From assembly GCA_049517335.1 (NCBI GenBank), contig JBEKSD010000001.1:128001-192000 (forward strand): DNA of 64,000 bases, given 5' to 3'. Position numbers and translations under genes: made by a program. The stretch's first letter is position 1, and each line of letters starts with the position of its first letter. The notes below the pieces were generated by a model. The model was not told the DNA's origin. It did no database searches and saw only the letters and a program-made list of their open reading frames with translations. Positions 11,451 through 20,374 of the stretch are shown here, in pieces. This DNA is from Candidatus Omnitrophota bacterium. GTDB taxonomy: Bacteria > Omnitrophota > Gorgyraeia > Gygaellales > Profunditerraquicolaceae.

Positions 11451-12475
11451 TGAGTATGCATCCTGTGTTTTCCTGGCCGATTACGATAATTTTATTATTA
11501 ATTTTGGCGATTATTTCTTTTATTTTTTCAGCATCAGAAACTTCCGTTATTGCTTTAAGCAGGATACGACTGCGCCATATGCTTTCCCGCGGTATTAAGC
11601 GCGCCCAGAATATCCAGCGTTTAATTTCCAAAATGGATAAATTCATTACGGCAATATTGGTCGGTAATAACTTCGTAAATATCGCGATCTCCGCCATCGT
11701 AACCGGGTTAGGCATAATATATTTTGGTTACAAATGGGGCATTATCATTGCTACTTTAGTCGCCGCATTCTTTATAGTCATTATTTGTGAAATAACGCCC
11801 AAGGTCATTGCAATAAAACATACAGAACGGGTGGCATTGGCAATTGCTCCGTTAATGGAAGCCTTCATTAAAGTGTTTACTCCGGTCATCGCTTTGTTCA
11901 GCTGGGCAAGCAATCTGATTATTAAAATGTTGGGCATTAAACCGGCGAAGAAATCGCCCTTGATTACGGAAGAAGAATTGCGCCTTATGATTGAAATGGG
12001 CAAGGAGGAAGGCTTCTTAAGCGACGAAAAGGGGAAAATGTTACACCGGATATTTGAATTTGGCAATATCAAAGCCGCTGATACCATGGTACCGCTTGCT
12101 AAAATGGTGTCGGTCAGCATGAATATTACCCCGGAGGAGCTTTTGAATATCTTTGTTGAGGAAGGCCATGCCCGTCTTCCTGTGTATAAAGATTCAAAAG
12201 ACCATATTGTCGGGATTATTTATGCGCGCGACCTGCTTTATATATTAAGAGATAAAGGTCTATTCCTTCTTCAGGACTTAATCCATGAGGCTTACTACGT
12301 TCCCGCGCACATGCCGGTTAATGAACTTTTAATGAGATTCCAGTCCGACCATATCCAGATTGCCATAATCGTAGACGAGCAAAAGCGGGCAATCGGACTT
12401 GTTACCTTGGAAGACCTGATTGAAGAGATAGTAGGTGAAATTGAGGAAAAACGCACCAACCGGCGCAAGATTTAA
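11450..12475 (+). CDS. CNNM/DUF21 plus CBS-pair protein (hemolysin/CorB family)
   Basis: FSASET, ILVGNN, EITPK, transmembrane helices, and GLVTLEDLIEEIVGEI. Confidence 0.92.
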   Translation: MSMHPVFSWPITIILLLILAIISFIFSASETSVIALSRIRLRHMLSRGIKRAQNIQRLISKMDKFITAILVGNNFVNIAISAIVTGLGIIYFGYKWGIIIATLVAAFFIVIICEITPKVIAIKHTERVALAIAPLMEAFIKVFTPVIALFSWASNLIIKMLGIKPAKKSPLITEEELRLMIEMGKEEGFLSDEKGKMLHRIFEFGNIKAADTMVPLAKMVSVSMNITPEELLNIFVEEGHARLPVYKDSKDHIVGIIYARDLLYILRDKGLFLLQDLIHEAYYVPAHMPVNELLMRFQSDHIQIAIIVDEQKRAIGLVTLEDLIEEIVGEIEEKRTNRRKI

Positions 12476-12482
12476 GATTACA

Positions 12483-12511
12483 TTGACAGGCATTTTAAGG
12501 TATGATACTAT
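12483..12511 (+). promoter_or_regulatory. Sigma70-type promoter upstream of the DUF5679 gene and rsfS
   Basis: TTGACA (12483), 17 nt spacer, TGnTACTAT (12506). Confidence 0.55.
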
Positions 12512-12557
12512 TATAAAAATTAGTAAACTATTTACTTAACAACATAAGGAGGAAAAG

Positions 12558-12707
12558 ATGGCAGAAACAGGATATTGCGTAAAATGCAAAGCTAAAAAAG
12601 AAATGAAAGATGAGCAGAAAGTTACTATGAAGAATAAGCGGCAGGCTATGAAGGGTAAATGCTCAACCTGCGGGACTGGCATGTATAAGATTTTAGGGAA
12701 AAAATAA
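12558..12707 (+). CDS. Small Zn-ribbon protein, DUF5679-like (49 aa, missed by the ORF track)
   Basis: SD AAGGAGG. MAETGYCVKCKAKKEMKDEQKVTMKNKRQAMKGKCSTCGTGMYKILGKK contains two CxxC motifs. Confidence 0.88.
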   Translation: MAETGYCVKCKAKKEMKDEQKVTMKNKRQAMKGKCSTCGTGMYKILGKK

Positions 12708-12719
12708 GGAGCCAGTAAA

Positions 12720-13070
12720 ATAGAAACAAAAAAAATAGCATTACGCGTTGCTTCTATTGCTAAATCCAAAAAAGCGCAGAAAGTCACCGTGTTTGATATG
12801 CGCAAAGTCGCCGGTTTTTGCGATTATTTCGTAATTGCAAGCGGGACATCCCTAAGGCAGGTAAACGCTATAGCAGAGGCAATTGATGAGGATTTAGCCA
12901 AAGACAGGATAAAATCTCTCTCGGAGGTCCCATCTAATGATGAATCAGGGTGGGTGGTTTTGGATTACATGTCCGTAATTGTGCATATTTTTCATAAACC
13001 GATGAGAGAGTTTTATTCTTTGGAGCGCCTTTGGTCAGACGCCAAAAAAGTCAGAATTACGAAGGCATAA
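12720..13070 (+). CDS. rsfS: Ribosome silencing factor RsfS (probable ATA start at 12720)
   Basis: DYFVIASG, WVVLDY, REFYSLERLW. The frame is open upstream of the GTG at 12789 through an RsfS-like first helix, with SD TAAGGAG 8 nt before ATA. Confidence 0.92.
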   Translation: METKKIALRVASIAKSKKAQKVTVFDMRKVAGFCDYFVIASGTSLRQVNAIAEAIDEDLAKDRIKSLSEVPSNDESGWVVLDYMSVIVHIFHKPMREFYSLERLWSDAKKVRITKA

Positions 13071-13142
13071 GAATTAACGACCATCCGAATACGCCAAGAT
13101 TACCCCGGCATCATTCACCAGAGTTAATTTATCACTTAGGAT

Positions 13143-14780
13143 ATGAAAAAAAGCATTGAAAGCCTCCTCCTGAGGCTAATCAAGGATGCATTAAAGGATT
13201 TATCCTTTGAGCAGGTTTATCAAGAGGAGATTTATCTTGATTTTCCTACCGATACCCGCTTCGGTGATTTCACCACGAATATCGCCCTAAAATTAAGCAA
13301 GCTCCTTAAAAGGCCGCCTTACGAAGTGGCAAAAGGACTCATCTCTGCGATTAATAACAACCTCCAGAAAAGCGATTTAAAAGATTGCTTAAAAGAAGTC
13401 AGGGTTGAGGGCGCCGGCTTTATCAATTTCTATTTAACCGACAAATATTTCTATGAACAGTTAAAAGACCTGCTCGTCTACGGGCAGGAGGCGTTAAAGC
13501 AGGATTTGGGGGGTAGAAAGAAGGTATTAATAGAATTTGTCAGCGCAAACCCAACGGGTGCGCTCTCAATTGCCCACGCCCGGCAGGCGGCAGTAGGGGA
13601 TGTTCTGGCAAACCTTATGGATTTCCTGAATTTTAAGGTTAAACGGGAATATTATCTTAATGACGAAGGCAACCAGATAAATATATTGGGTTCTTCGGTT
13701 AAACTAAGGATGCGGGAATTAGACGGAGAAATGCTGGATTTTCCTGAGAATTATTATCAGGGCGAGTATATTTATGATATTGCCAAAGCGGCCAAAACGG
13801 CAGGCGTCAAGAAAGAGGAATTGGGGGATTTTGCCGCCGGGTATATTCTGGATATTATCAAAAAAGAGCTTGATGATTTCGGGGTCAGGTTTGATGTTTG
13901 GTATAGCCAGAAGGAATTAGACAGGTCGGGAAAAATAGAAAAGTATTTTGAAGAATTAAAAAAGAAAAGTTATCTTTATGAACAGGAAGGCGCTTTGTGG
14001 TTTAAGTCCTCCAGCTTCGGCGACGATAAGGATAGGGTGGTAGTCAAATCCGATAAATCCTATACGTACCTGGCTCCGGATATAGCATACCATCAGGAGA
14101 AATTCCGCAGGGGTTTTGAATGGCTGATTAACCTCTGGGGTCCGGACCATCACGGTTATATCAACCGCCTGAAAGCTTCCGTGGAGGCCTTCGGCCATAA
14201 GCCCGAGAGCCTATCAATAATCATCGTGCAACTGGCTACTATTTTCCGGGAGGGTAAACCCGTGCAGATGTCTACGCGCAGGGGCCAGTACATTACTTTA
14301 AGGGAAGTTTTGGATGAGGTGGGCAAAGACGCTTCAAGATTTTTCTTTCTTATGCGCCGCACTTCAAGCCACCTTGATTTTGACCTTGATGTGGCAAAAA
14401 AGCAGACCTCGGAAAACCCGGTCTATTACGTGCAATACGCTCATGCCCGGATTTGCAGCATCCTACGTTCTGCCGGGATAAAAGTAAAGAAAGACGCTCC
14501 CCTCTTCATCTTAAAGGAAAAAGAGGAGCTGACGCTTGTAAAAAAGATCCTCCAGTTTCCTTCAGTATTAAATATCTGCCTGATTACGCTTGATCCATAT
14601 ATGCTCACCGTTTATTTACAGACATTGGCAGAGAGTTTTCATAAATTTTATGACCTACACCGCGTGTTAGGCACGGACAGTTCCCTTAGCCTTGCGCGCC
14701 TTGCTTTAATTGAAGCAACCAGGACAGCTTTAGCCACAGGCCTTGATATTTTAGGTGTCTCTAAACCGGAAAAGATGTAA
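13143..14780 (+). CDS. argS: Arginine--tRNA ligase
   Basis: EFVSANPTG, MSTRRGQY, YYVQYAHARI, C-terminal PEKM. Confidence 0.97.
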   Translation: MKKSIESLLLRLIKDALKDLSFEQVYQEEIYLDFPTDTRFGDFTTNIALKLSKLLKRPPYEVAKGLISAINNNLQKSDLKDCLKEVRVEGAGFINFYLTDKYFYEQLKDLLVYGQEALKQDLGGRKKVLIEFVSANPTGALSIAHARQAAVGDVLANLMDFLNFKVKREYYLNDEGNQINILGSSVKLRMRELDGEMLDFPENYYQGEYIYDIAKAAKTAGVKKEELGDFAAGYILDIIKKELDDFGVRFDVWYSQKELDRSGKIEKYFEELKKKSYLYEQEGALWFKSSSFGDDKDRVVVKSDKSYTYLAPDIAYHQEKFRRGFEWLINLWGPDHHGYINRLKASVEAFGHKPESLSIIIVQLATIFREGKPVQMSTRRGQYITLREVLDEVGKDASRFFFLMRRTSSHLDFDLDVAKKQTSENPVYYVQYAHARICSILRSAGIKVKKDAPLFILKEKEELTLVKKILQFPSVLNICLITLDPYMLTVYLQTLAESFHKFYDLHRVLGTDSSLSLARLALIEATRTALATGLDILGVSKPEKM

Positions 14781-14795
14781 GCAAGTGCCCATTAA

Positions 14796-16484
14796 ATGCA
14801 AAACCACAAAATCTTAAAAGTTGCAATTCCACACCCCCATATCCAGAATGCTTTTCATAAAGAGCTTGGTATTTCCAAGGTACTTGCTCAGGTTTTGGCC
14901 AACCGCGGCGTAACTAATATTAAGGAAGCGGAAAAATTCCTGAATGTAAAACTGGAGCATCTGCTCAACCCGAATTTGTTTTCCGATATGCCCAAGGCGG
15001 TAGGCCTGATAAAAAAAGCAGCACAGGCAAAAGAGAGGGTAATGGTATTTGGCGATTATGACGCCGACGGCATTACTGCTTTAGCCCTCCTTAAGGGCAC
15101 ACTTCAAAAATTGGGCATAGATGTGCTTCATTATCTACCCAACCGCCTTACTCAGGGTTACGGCTTAACTAAAGGTATAGCCGAATTTTTAAAGAAGAAC
15201 AGCGTAAAGTTACTGATTACGGTTGATTGCGGCATAACCAACTACAAAGAGATAGAAGAATTGAGGCGCAACAATATAGAAGTAATCGTCACCGACCATC
15301 ATGAGCCTCAAGCGGATATTATGCCCCCAGCCTCCTGCATTATTAACCCAAAGGTTAAAAACTCGGGTTATAAATTCCGCGAGCTCGCCGGCGTAGGTGT
15401 AGCTTACAAATTATGCCAGGCGTTGACCGGCTCAACCTTAAGCGAAGAACTGGACCTGGTTTCTTTGGGTACAATCGCGGATAGTGTACCTCTTATGGGG
15501 GAGAACCGGGTCATAGCAAAGGAGGGCTTGAGTTATCTGCCTAATACCCGGAAAGCAGGATTACAGGTTTTAATGGATAATGCCGGTATAAGAAATAAAA
15601 AATTTACTTCCACTTTCGTAAGTTTTATTCTAGCACCGCGCATTAATGCCTGCGGCCGTATGGATACAGCTGAAGTATCATTATCGCTTTTAATGAGCGA
15701 AAATACCGAAGAGGCTATTGGTTTGGCAAAGATAGTTGAGTCGCACAACCGCCAGCGCCAGAAGATAGAAGGTAAAATATTACAGGAGGCAGAGGATTTA
15801 ATCAACAAGGAAGTCAACTTCAAGGAGCATAAGGTTATTGTTATTGCCAAAGAAGACTGGCACCACGGCGTCCTTGGAATTGTGGCCTCAAAAATAGCCG
15901 ACAGGTTTTACCGGCCGGCTATCGTCATTTCATTGAGCGATAATATCTGCAAAGGCTCGGGACGTTCGATTAAGAATTTTCATTTATTTGAAGCTCTCCT
16001 TGAATGCAAGGACCTGCTGGATTCATTCGGGGGCCATGCCCATGCCGTAGGGCTTGTCATTACCCGTGACAGCATTAATGATTTTCGCCGTAATATCAAC
16101 CGCCTGGCGCATGAGAAATTATCAATTGAAGATTTACTTCCGGGTTTAGATATTGATATGGAATTGCCTCTTGAGCAGGTAAGCGAGGATCTGGCAAGGG
16201 AACTTGAAAGTTTAGAGCCGTATGGCGCAGGTAACCCTGAACCTCTATTTTATACGCGGGGATTAAAATTAAAGGGTGAGCCGCAGGTATTAAGCCGTGA
16301 GACCTTGAAGTTTTGGGTTAGCGACGGCATGTTTACTATTCAGGCCATTGGTTTCGGGATGAGCAGCTTTAACGAAAGCTTAAAGAATGCATCTTCCCTG
16401 GATCTGGTTTATACTCCGAAAATAGACAATTGGCGCGATGAGCCAAGTCTTATTCTGGAAGCGCGGAACATATTTTTTAAATGA
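14796..16484 (+). CDS. recJ: ssDNA exonuclease RecJ
   Basis: GDYDADG, TVDCG, TDHH, PRINACGR, GSGRS, FGGH. Confidence 0.96.
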   Translation: MQNHKILKVAIPHPHIQNAFHKELGISKVLAQVLANRGVTNIKEAEKFLNVKLEHLLNPNLFSDMPKAVGLIKKAAQAKERVMVFGDYDADGITALALLKGTLQKLGIDVLHYLPNRLTQGYGLTKGIAEFLKKNSVKLLITVDCGITNYKEIEELRRNNIEVIVTDHHEPQADIMPPASCIINPKVKNSGYKFRELAGVGVAYKLCQALTGSTLSEELDLVSLGTIADSVPLMGENRVIAKEGLSYLPNTRKAGLQVLMDNAGIRNKKFTSTFVSFILAPRINACGRMDTAEVSLSLLMSENTEEAIGLAKIVESHNRQRQKIEGKILQEAEDLINKEVNFKEHKVIVIAKEDWHHGVLGIVASKIADRFYRPAIVISLSDNICKGSGRSIKNFHLFEALLECKDLLDSFGGHAHAVGLVITRDSINDFRRNINRLAHEKLSIEDLLPGLDIDMELPLEQVSEDLARELESLEPYGAGNPEPLFYTRGLKLKGEPQVLSRETLKFWVSDGMFTIQAIGFGMSSFNESLKNASSLDLVYTPKIDNWRDEPSLILEARNIFFK

Positions 16485-16506
16485 ATGAGGACATCCGCCC
16501 TAAAGC

Positions 16507-16737
16507 TTATTTAGCTTTTAGGAAATCGCCTTTTTTGATGCATTTGGTGCAGACGTAAACCTGTTTAGGGTGGCCATTAACCATGATACGCATTTTTTGC
16601 AGGTTAGGCAGAAATTTACGCATTGTCCAGCGGGTAATCTTGGAGCCGGTACCGCCTTTAGCCTTATATTGGCCTTTACGGGAAACAGATTTTCCGGTAA
16701 GTTCGCCCTTACCACAAAGTATACATTTTTTAAACAT
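16507..16737 (-). CDS. rpmB: 50S ribosomal protein L28
   Basis: CILCGK...RKFLPNLQ...VCTKCIK. SD AGGAG on the minus strand. Confidence 0.95.
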   Translation of the reverse strand: MFKKCILCGKGELTGKSVSRKGQYKAKGGTGSKITRWTMRKFLPNLQKMRIMVNGHPKQVYVCTKCIKKGDFLKAK

Positions 16738-16782
16738 GTTCTTTACTCCTGTTTGTTAGAGCAGCTTTGTGTAATGGGGGAT

Positions 16783-16811
16783 AATTTAACATAAAAAGGC
16801 TGCCGGGTCAA
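16783..16811 (-). promoter_or_regulatory. Promoter for rpmB, abutting the helicase start
   Basis: Minus strand TTGACC, 17 nt spacer, TGnTAAATT. Confidence 0.45.
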
Positions 16812-16817
16812 GTGCTT

Positions 16818-19727
16818 ATGAATAAAGTTTTGGAAGGTTTAAATAACGAGCAGGTTAAGGCAGTAACCCATAAAGAGGGACCGCTTCTTATAATCGCCGG
16901 CGCAGGTACAGGTAAAACCTCGGTTATTACCCGTAGGATTTCTTGGCTTATTTCAGAAGGGTTTGCCAAGACTGAGGAAATTTTAGCGCTTACCTTTACG
17001 GATAAAGCCGCGAAAGAGATGCAGGAGCGAGTGGATATCCTGCTTCCTTATGGTTATACGGATATATGGATTTCTACGTTTCACGCTTTCGGAGACAGGC
17101 TACTGCGTGAAAACGCGCTGCTTTACGGATTAAGTCCCGATTTTAAGATTTTGACCCAGTCGGAAGCCGCGGTTTTTTTCCGCGAGCATTTGTTTGAATT
17201 CAATTTATCATACTTTCGGCCCCTCTCTGAACCTACCCGTTTCATTGAAGCCCTTATTTCATTTTTCAGTCGCGCCAAAGATGAAGATATCTCACCAAAA
17301 GATTATCTGAAATATGCTCAGGATTTTATGATTCAGGCGAAGAATAATTCAGGCGATGCGGCTTTGCAGGAAGAAGCAGAGCTTCAGATGGAGGTAGCCC
17401 TGGCTTACCTAAAATATCAGGAACTTTTAACAAAAGAGGGGTTGTTAGATTTTGGAAACCAGTTTTATCTTGCTTTACAGCTTTTGCGCGAGCACCCGAT
17501 GGCATTAAAGAGATACCAGGATCAGTTTAAATATATCTTAGTTGATGAATTTCAGGATACTAATTTTGCGCAGTATCAATTGGCGCGCCTGCTTGCCGGG
17601 GGCTACAATAATATAACCGTGACAGGGGATGATGATCAGTGTATTTACCGTTTCCGCGGAGCGGCTTATTCCAACCTTTTAAGTTTTATGCAGGATTTTC
17701 CCAAAGCGTCCAAGGTGAGCTTAATCCAGAACTACCGCTCAACTCAAAGTATCCTTGATTCAGCTTACCGCTTAATTCAGCAGAATAATCCGGAGCGTTT
17801 TGAGGCCAAGGCTGGCATAGACAAGCGTCTGATTAGCATCTTTAAAGAAGGAAAAACGCCGGAGCATTTACATTTTGATACGCGCTCCACCGAAGCGGAT
17901 AATGTCGCCCGTATAATTAAGGAAAAAGTATCAGTGGCAAAATATAAATTCCGTGATTTCGCTATCCTCGTGCGTTCTAATTCAGACGCGGATAGTTTCC
18001 TGCAAGCATTGAACATACAGGATATCCCTTGGCAGTTTAGTGGCAATCAAGGTCTGTACGCAAGGGAAGAGGTGAAGCTTTGCATAAATTTCCTGCGCGT
18101 TATCGCTAACCCTTCCGATTCATTGAGCCTTTATTATTTGGCAAGCTCTGAGGTCTATCCGATTGAGCTTTCGGATCTTGTTATTTGTAATCATTATGCC
18201 CGCCGCCGCAATAAAACTTTATATGCGGTACTAAGGGAGCTGCAAACTATTCCTGATTTATCCGGCGTATGTGAGGAATCAAAAAAGAAAATAGAGGGAC
18301 TCATCGGTGATATTGATAAATACCTTAAAATCGCCCGCGAAGAGACGACAGGACGGCTGCTTTATTCATTTTTGACCGAATCTAGTTATTTAAAGAAGCT
18401 GACCAAAGAACAAACTTTGGAGAGTGAAAGCAAGATTCTGAATCTTGCTAAGTTTTTTAACCATGTGCGCGATTTTGAGCTGGTGGCAAAAGAAGACAGG
18501 GTATTCTGTTTTGTGAATTACCTCAATCTCCTGATTGAAGCCGGAGATGATCCTCCTACGGTAGAAGCTGATTTGGATTCTGACGCGGTTAATGTGCTCA
18601 CGATACATAAGGCTAAAGGTCTTGAATTCAGGGTAGTATTCATGGTCAGCCTTGTTCAGGGTCGCTTTCCTTGGCCGCGCAGGGCGCAGTCAATTGAACT
18701 GCCTAATTCCTTAATCAAGGAAGTCTTGCCTATGGGTGATTTCCATATTCAAGAAGAAAGACGCCTGTTTTACGTGGGTATGACGCGTGCAAAAGAAGAG
18801 CTCTATCTAACCAGTGCCGAAGATTACGGCGGAAAGCGCCTGAAGCGGATAAGCCAGTTTGTTTTTGAGGCCTTGGGAACAGAGAATAAAGAAAAAGAAA
18901 AAAAGAAAGCAAGCGCGCTTGAAGCGATAGAGCGGTTTGCCTTTAAGAAAGAACCGGTAAAATCAAATCTTAAATCCGCATCCGTAGATAAACCGCTTTC
19001 ATTAAGTTATTACCAGATTGATGATTATCTTACCTGTCCCCTAAAATACAAATATGTAAATATTCTGCGCGTGCCCATTACGGAGCACCATACGGTAATT
19101 TACGGACGGGCAATGCATGATGCGGTGAGTAGTTATTTCCAGTATAAAATGGCGGGTCGAGAAATTACCGTTGCCGGGCTATTGGGATTATTTAGAGAGA
19201 GTTTTGACCCTCAGGGGTTTCTGGATTTGAAGCATCAGGAGGAACGGCTCAGGGTGGGCGAGCAGGCATTAATCCGTTTTTTTAACGATGAAAAAGTGCG
19301 TAACGCTAAGCCGAAATTCATTGAAAAGGAATTTTCTTTTCACCTTGGAGAGATAAAGATCTCGGGAAGGTTTGACCGGGTGGATGAGGATAAAGAAGGA
19401 GTAGTTATTATTGACTTTAAGACCTCGGATATTAAAACCCAGAAGGACGCGGATAAACGGTTTAAAGAAAATAAGCAGCTTATCCTTTACTCGCTTGCTT
19501 ATAGAAATATATTCAGTTTACTGCCTGCGAAAGTTGAGCTTTTTTTCCTTGAATCGGGCCTGACTGCCGGCAGGGGGGTAGCAGAAGAAGATTTTGCAGC
19601 GGTAATTGAAGAAATTGAAGCAGTTGCTTCGGGCATACGGAGTGAAAATTTCAGAGCTACTCCCTCCTATAACAATTGCAATTATTGCGCTTATAACCAG
19701 ATCTGTCCTTTTGTGTTGGTGAGGTAG
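16818..19727 (+). CDS. UvrD/PcrA-type SF1 helicase fused to a C-terminal PD-(D/E)XK nuclease with Fe-S staple (AddA/AdnAB-like)
   Basis: AGAGTGKT, VDEFQD, GDDDQCIYRFRGA, TIHKAKGLEF, EERRLFYVGMTRA. C-terminal YLTCP, GRFDRVD, IIDFKT and CNYCAYNQIC. Confidence 0.92.
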   Translation: MNKVLEGLNNEQVKAVTHKEGPLLIIAGAGTGKTSVITRRISWLISEGFAKTEEILALTFTDKAAKEMQERVDILLPYGYTDIWISTFHAFGDRLLRENALLYGLSPDFKILTQSEAAVFFREHLFEFNLSYFRPLSEPTRFIEALISFFSRAKDEDISPKDYLKYAQDFMIQAKNNSGDAALQEEAELQMEVALAYLKYQELLTKEGLLDFGNQFYLALQLLREHPMALKRYQDQFKYILVDEFQDTNFAQYQLARLLAGGYNNITVTGDDDQCIYRFRGAAYSNLLSFMQDFPKASKVSLIQNYRSTQSILDSAYRLIQQNNPERFEAKAGIDKRLISIFKEGKTPEHLHFDTRSTEADNVARIIKEKVSVAKYKFRDFAILVRSNSDADSFLQALNIQDIPWQFSGNQGLYAREEVKLCINFLRVIANPSDSLSLYYLASSEVYPIELSDLVICNHYARRRNKTLYAVLRELQTIPDLSGVCEESKKKIEGLIGDIDKYLKIAREETTGRLLYSFLTESSYLKKLTKEQTLESESKILNLAKFFNHVRDFELVAKEDRVFCFVNYLNLLIEAGDDPPTVEADLDSDAVNVLTIHKAKGLEFRVVFMVSLVQGRFPWPRRAQSIELPNSLIKEVLPMGDFHIQEERRLFYVGMTRAKEELYLTSAEDYGGKRLKRISQFVFEALGTENKEKEKKKASALEAIERFAFKKEPVKSNLKSASVDKPLSLSYYQIDDYLTCPLKYKYVNILRVPITEHHTVIYGRAMHDAVSSYFQYKMAGREITVAGLLGLFRESFDPQGFLDLKHQEERLRVGEQALIRFFNDEKVRNAKPKFIEKEFSFHLGEIKISGRFDRVDEDKEGVVIIDFKTSDIKTQKDADKRFKENKQLILYSLAYRNIFSLLPAKVELFFLESGLTAGRGVAEEDFAAVIEEIEAVASGIRSENFRATPSYNNCNYCAYNQICPFVLVR

Positions 19728-19729
19728 TT

Positions 19730-19903
19730 ATGGAAGCAAAGATTGGGCATTTGAAGGTGTCTATATTTAAGATAAAAAACCGCTGCGGTTATGCTACGGT
19801 GTGTTTTGACCATCTTACCGAAGGAGAAACTCCTCAGGTTGCATACGAGCGTATGGTCAAGGCGCTGCGCAGGACAAACAAAGAAGAAACGGGTAAAAAA
19901 TGA
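19730..19903 (+). CDS. Small HicB/UPF0150-like protein (57 aa, missed by the ORF track)
   Basis: GAGGT SD before ATG 19730. The stop overlaps the next ATG (ATGA). GYATVCFDHLTEGETPQVAYERMVKAL. Confidence 0.7.
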   Translation: MEAKIGHLKVSIFKIKNRCGYATVCFDHLTEGETPQVAYERMVKALRRTNKEETGKK

Positions 19904-20370
19904 TGCAGAAAAAATATATGTGCCTTGCTATAAAAGAAGCAGAGCTCAACTTAAAAAATATAGACGGAGGGCCTTTCGGCGCCTGCATTGTAAAGGGGAA
20001 TAAAATTTTGGCTGTCGCCCGCAGCACCGTATTAAAAAATGACGCCACCTCGCACGCTGAAATTAACGCGATACGCAAGGCTTCTAAAAAGATAAGGAAT
20101 TTTGATTTAAGCGGCGCGGTACTATATTCAACGACTGAGCCCTGCCCCATGTGTTTTAGCGCTACTCACTGGGCGCGTATCTCAACCATTGTTTATGGGA
20201 CAAATATATCCGATGCCAAAAGAATCGGCTTTAACGAACTCAAAATCAGTAATTTCAAGATTAAGCGTATGGGAAAGAGTAAGATTAAGATAGTTAAGGG
20301 TTTTATGCTCAAGGAGTGCCGGAAACTCTTTGAGGACTGGGGCTCACTGGAGAATAAAAGGCTCTATTAA
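19900..20370 (+). CDS. Zn-dependent nucleoside/guanine deaminase (GuaD/TadA-like)
   Basis: GGPFGA, HAE, EPCPMC. Confidence 0.92.
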   Translation: MMQKKYMCLAIKEAELNLKNIDGGPFGACIVKGNKILAVARSTVLKNDATSHAEINAIRKASKKIRNFDLSGAVLYSTTEPCPMCFSATHWARISTIVYGTNISDAKRIGFNELKISNFKIKRMGKSKIKIVKGFMLKECRKLFEDWGSLENKRLY

Positions 20371-20374
20371 AAAA

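Noticed and set aside
12536-12805. 89-aa minus-strand ORF
   Set aside because: It is the antisense shadow of the DUF5679-like gene and the rsfS 5' end.
13071-13142. Possible T-box upstream of argS
   Set aside because: The gap is only 72 nt and has no T-box consensus or terminator, just a weak AATTAAC/GTTAATT pair.
19791-20003. 70-aa + strand ORF from the track
   Set aside because: It overlaps the deaminase heavily. The alternative-frame ORF 19730-19903 has an SD, a coupled stop and a recognisable motif.
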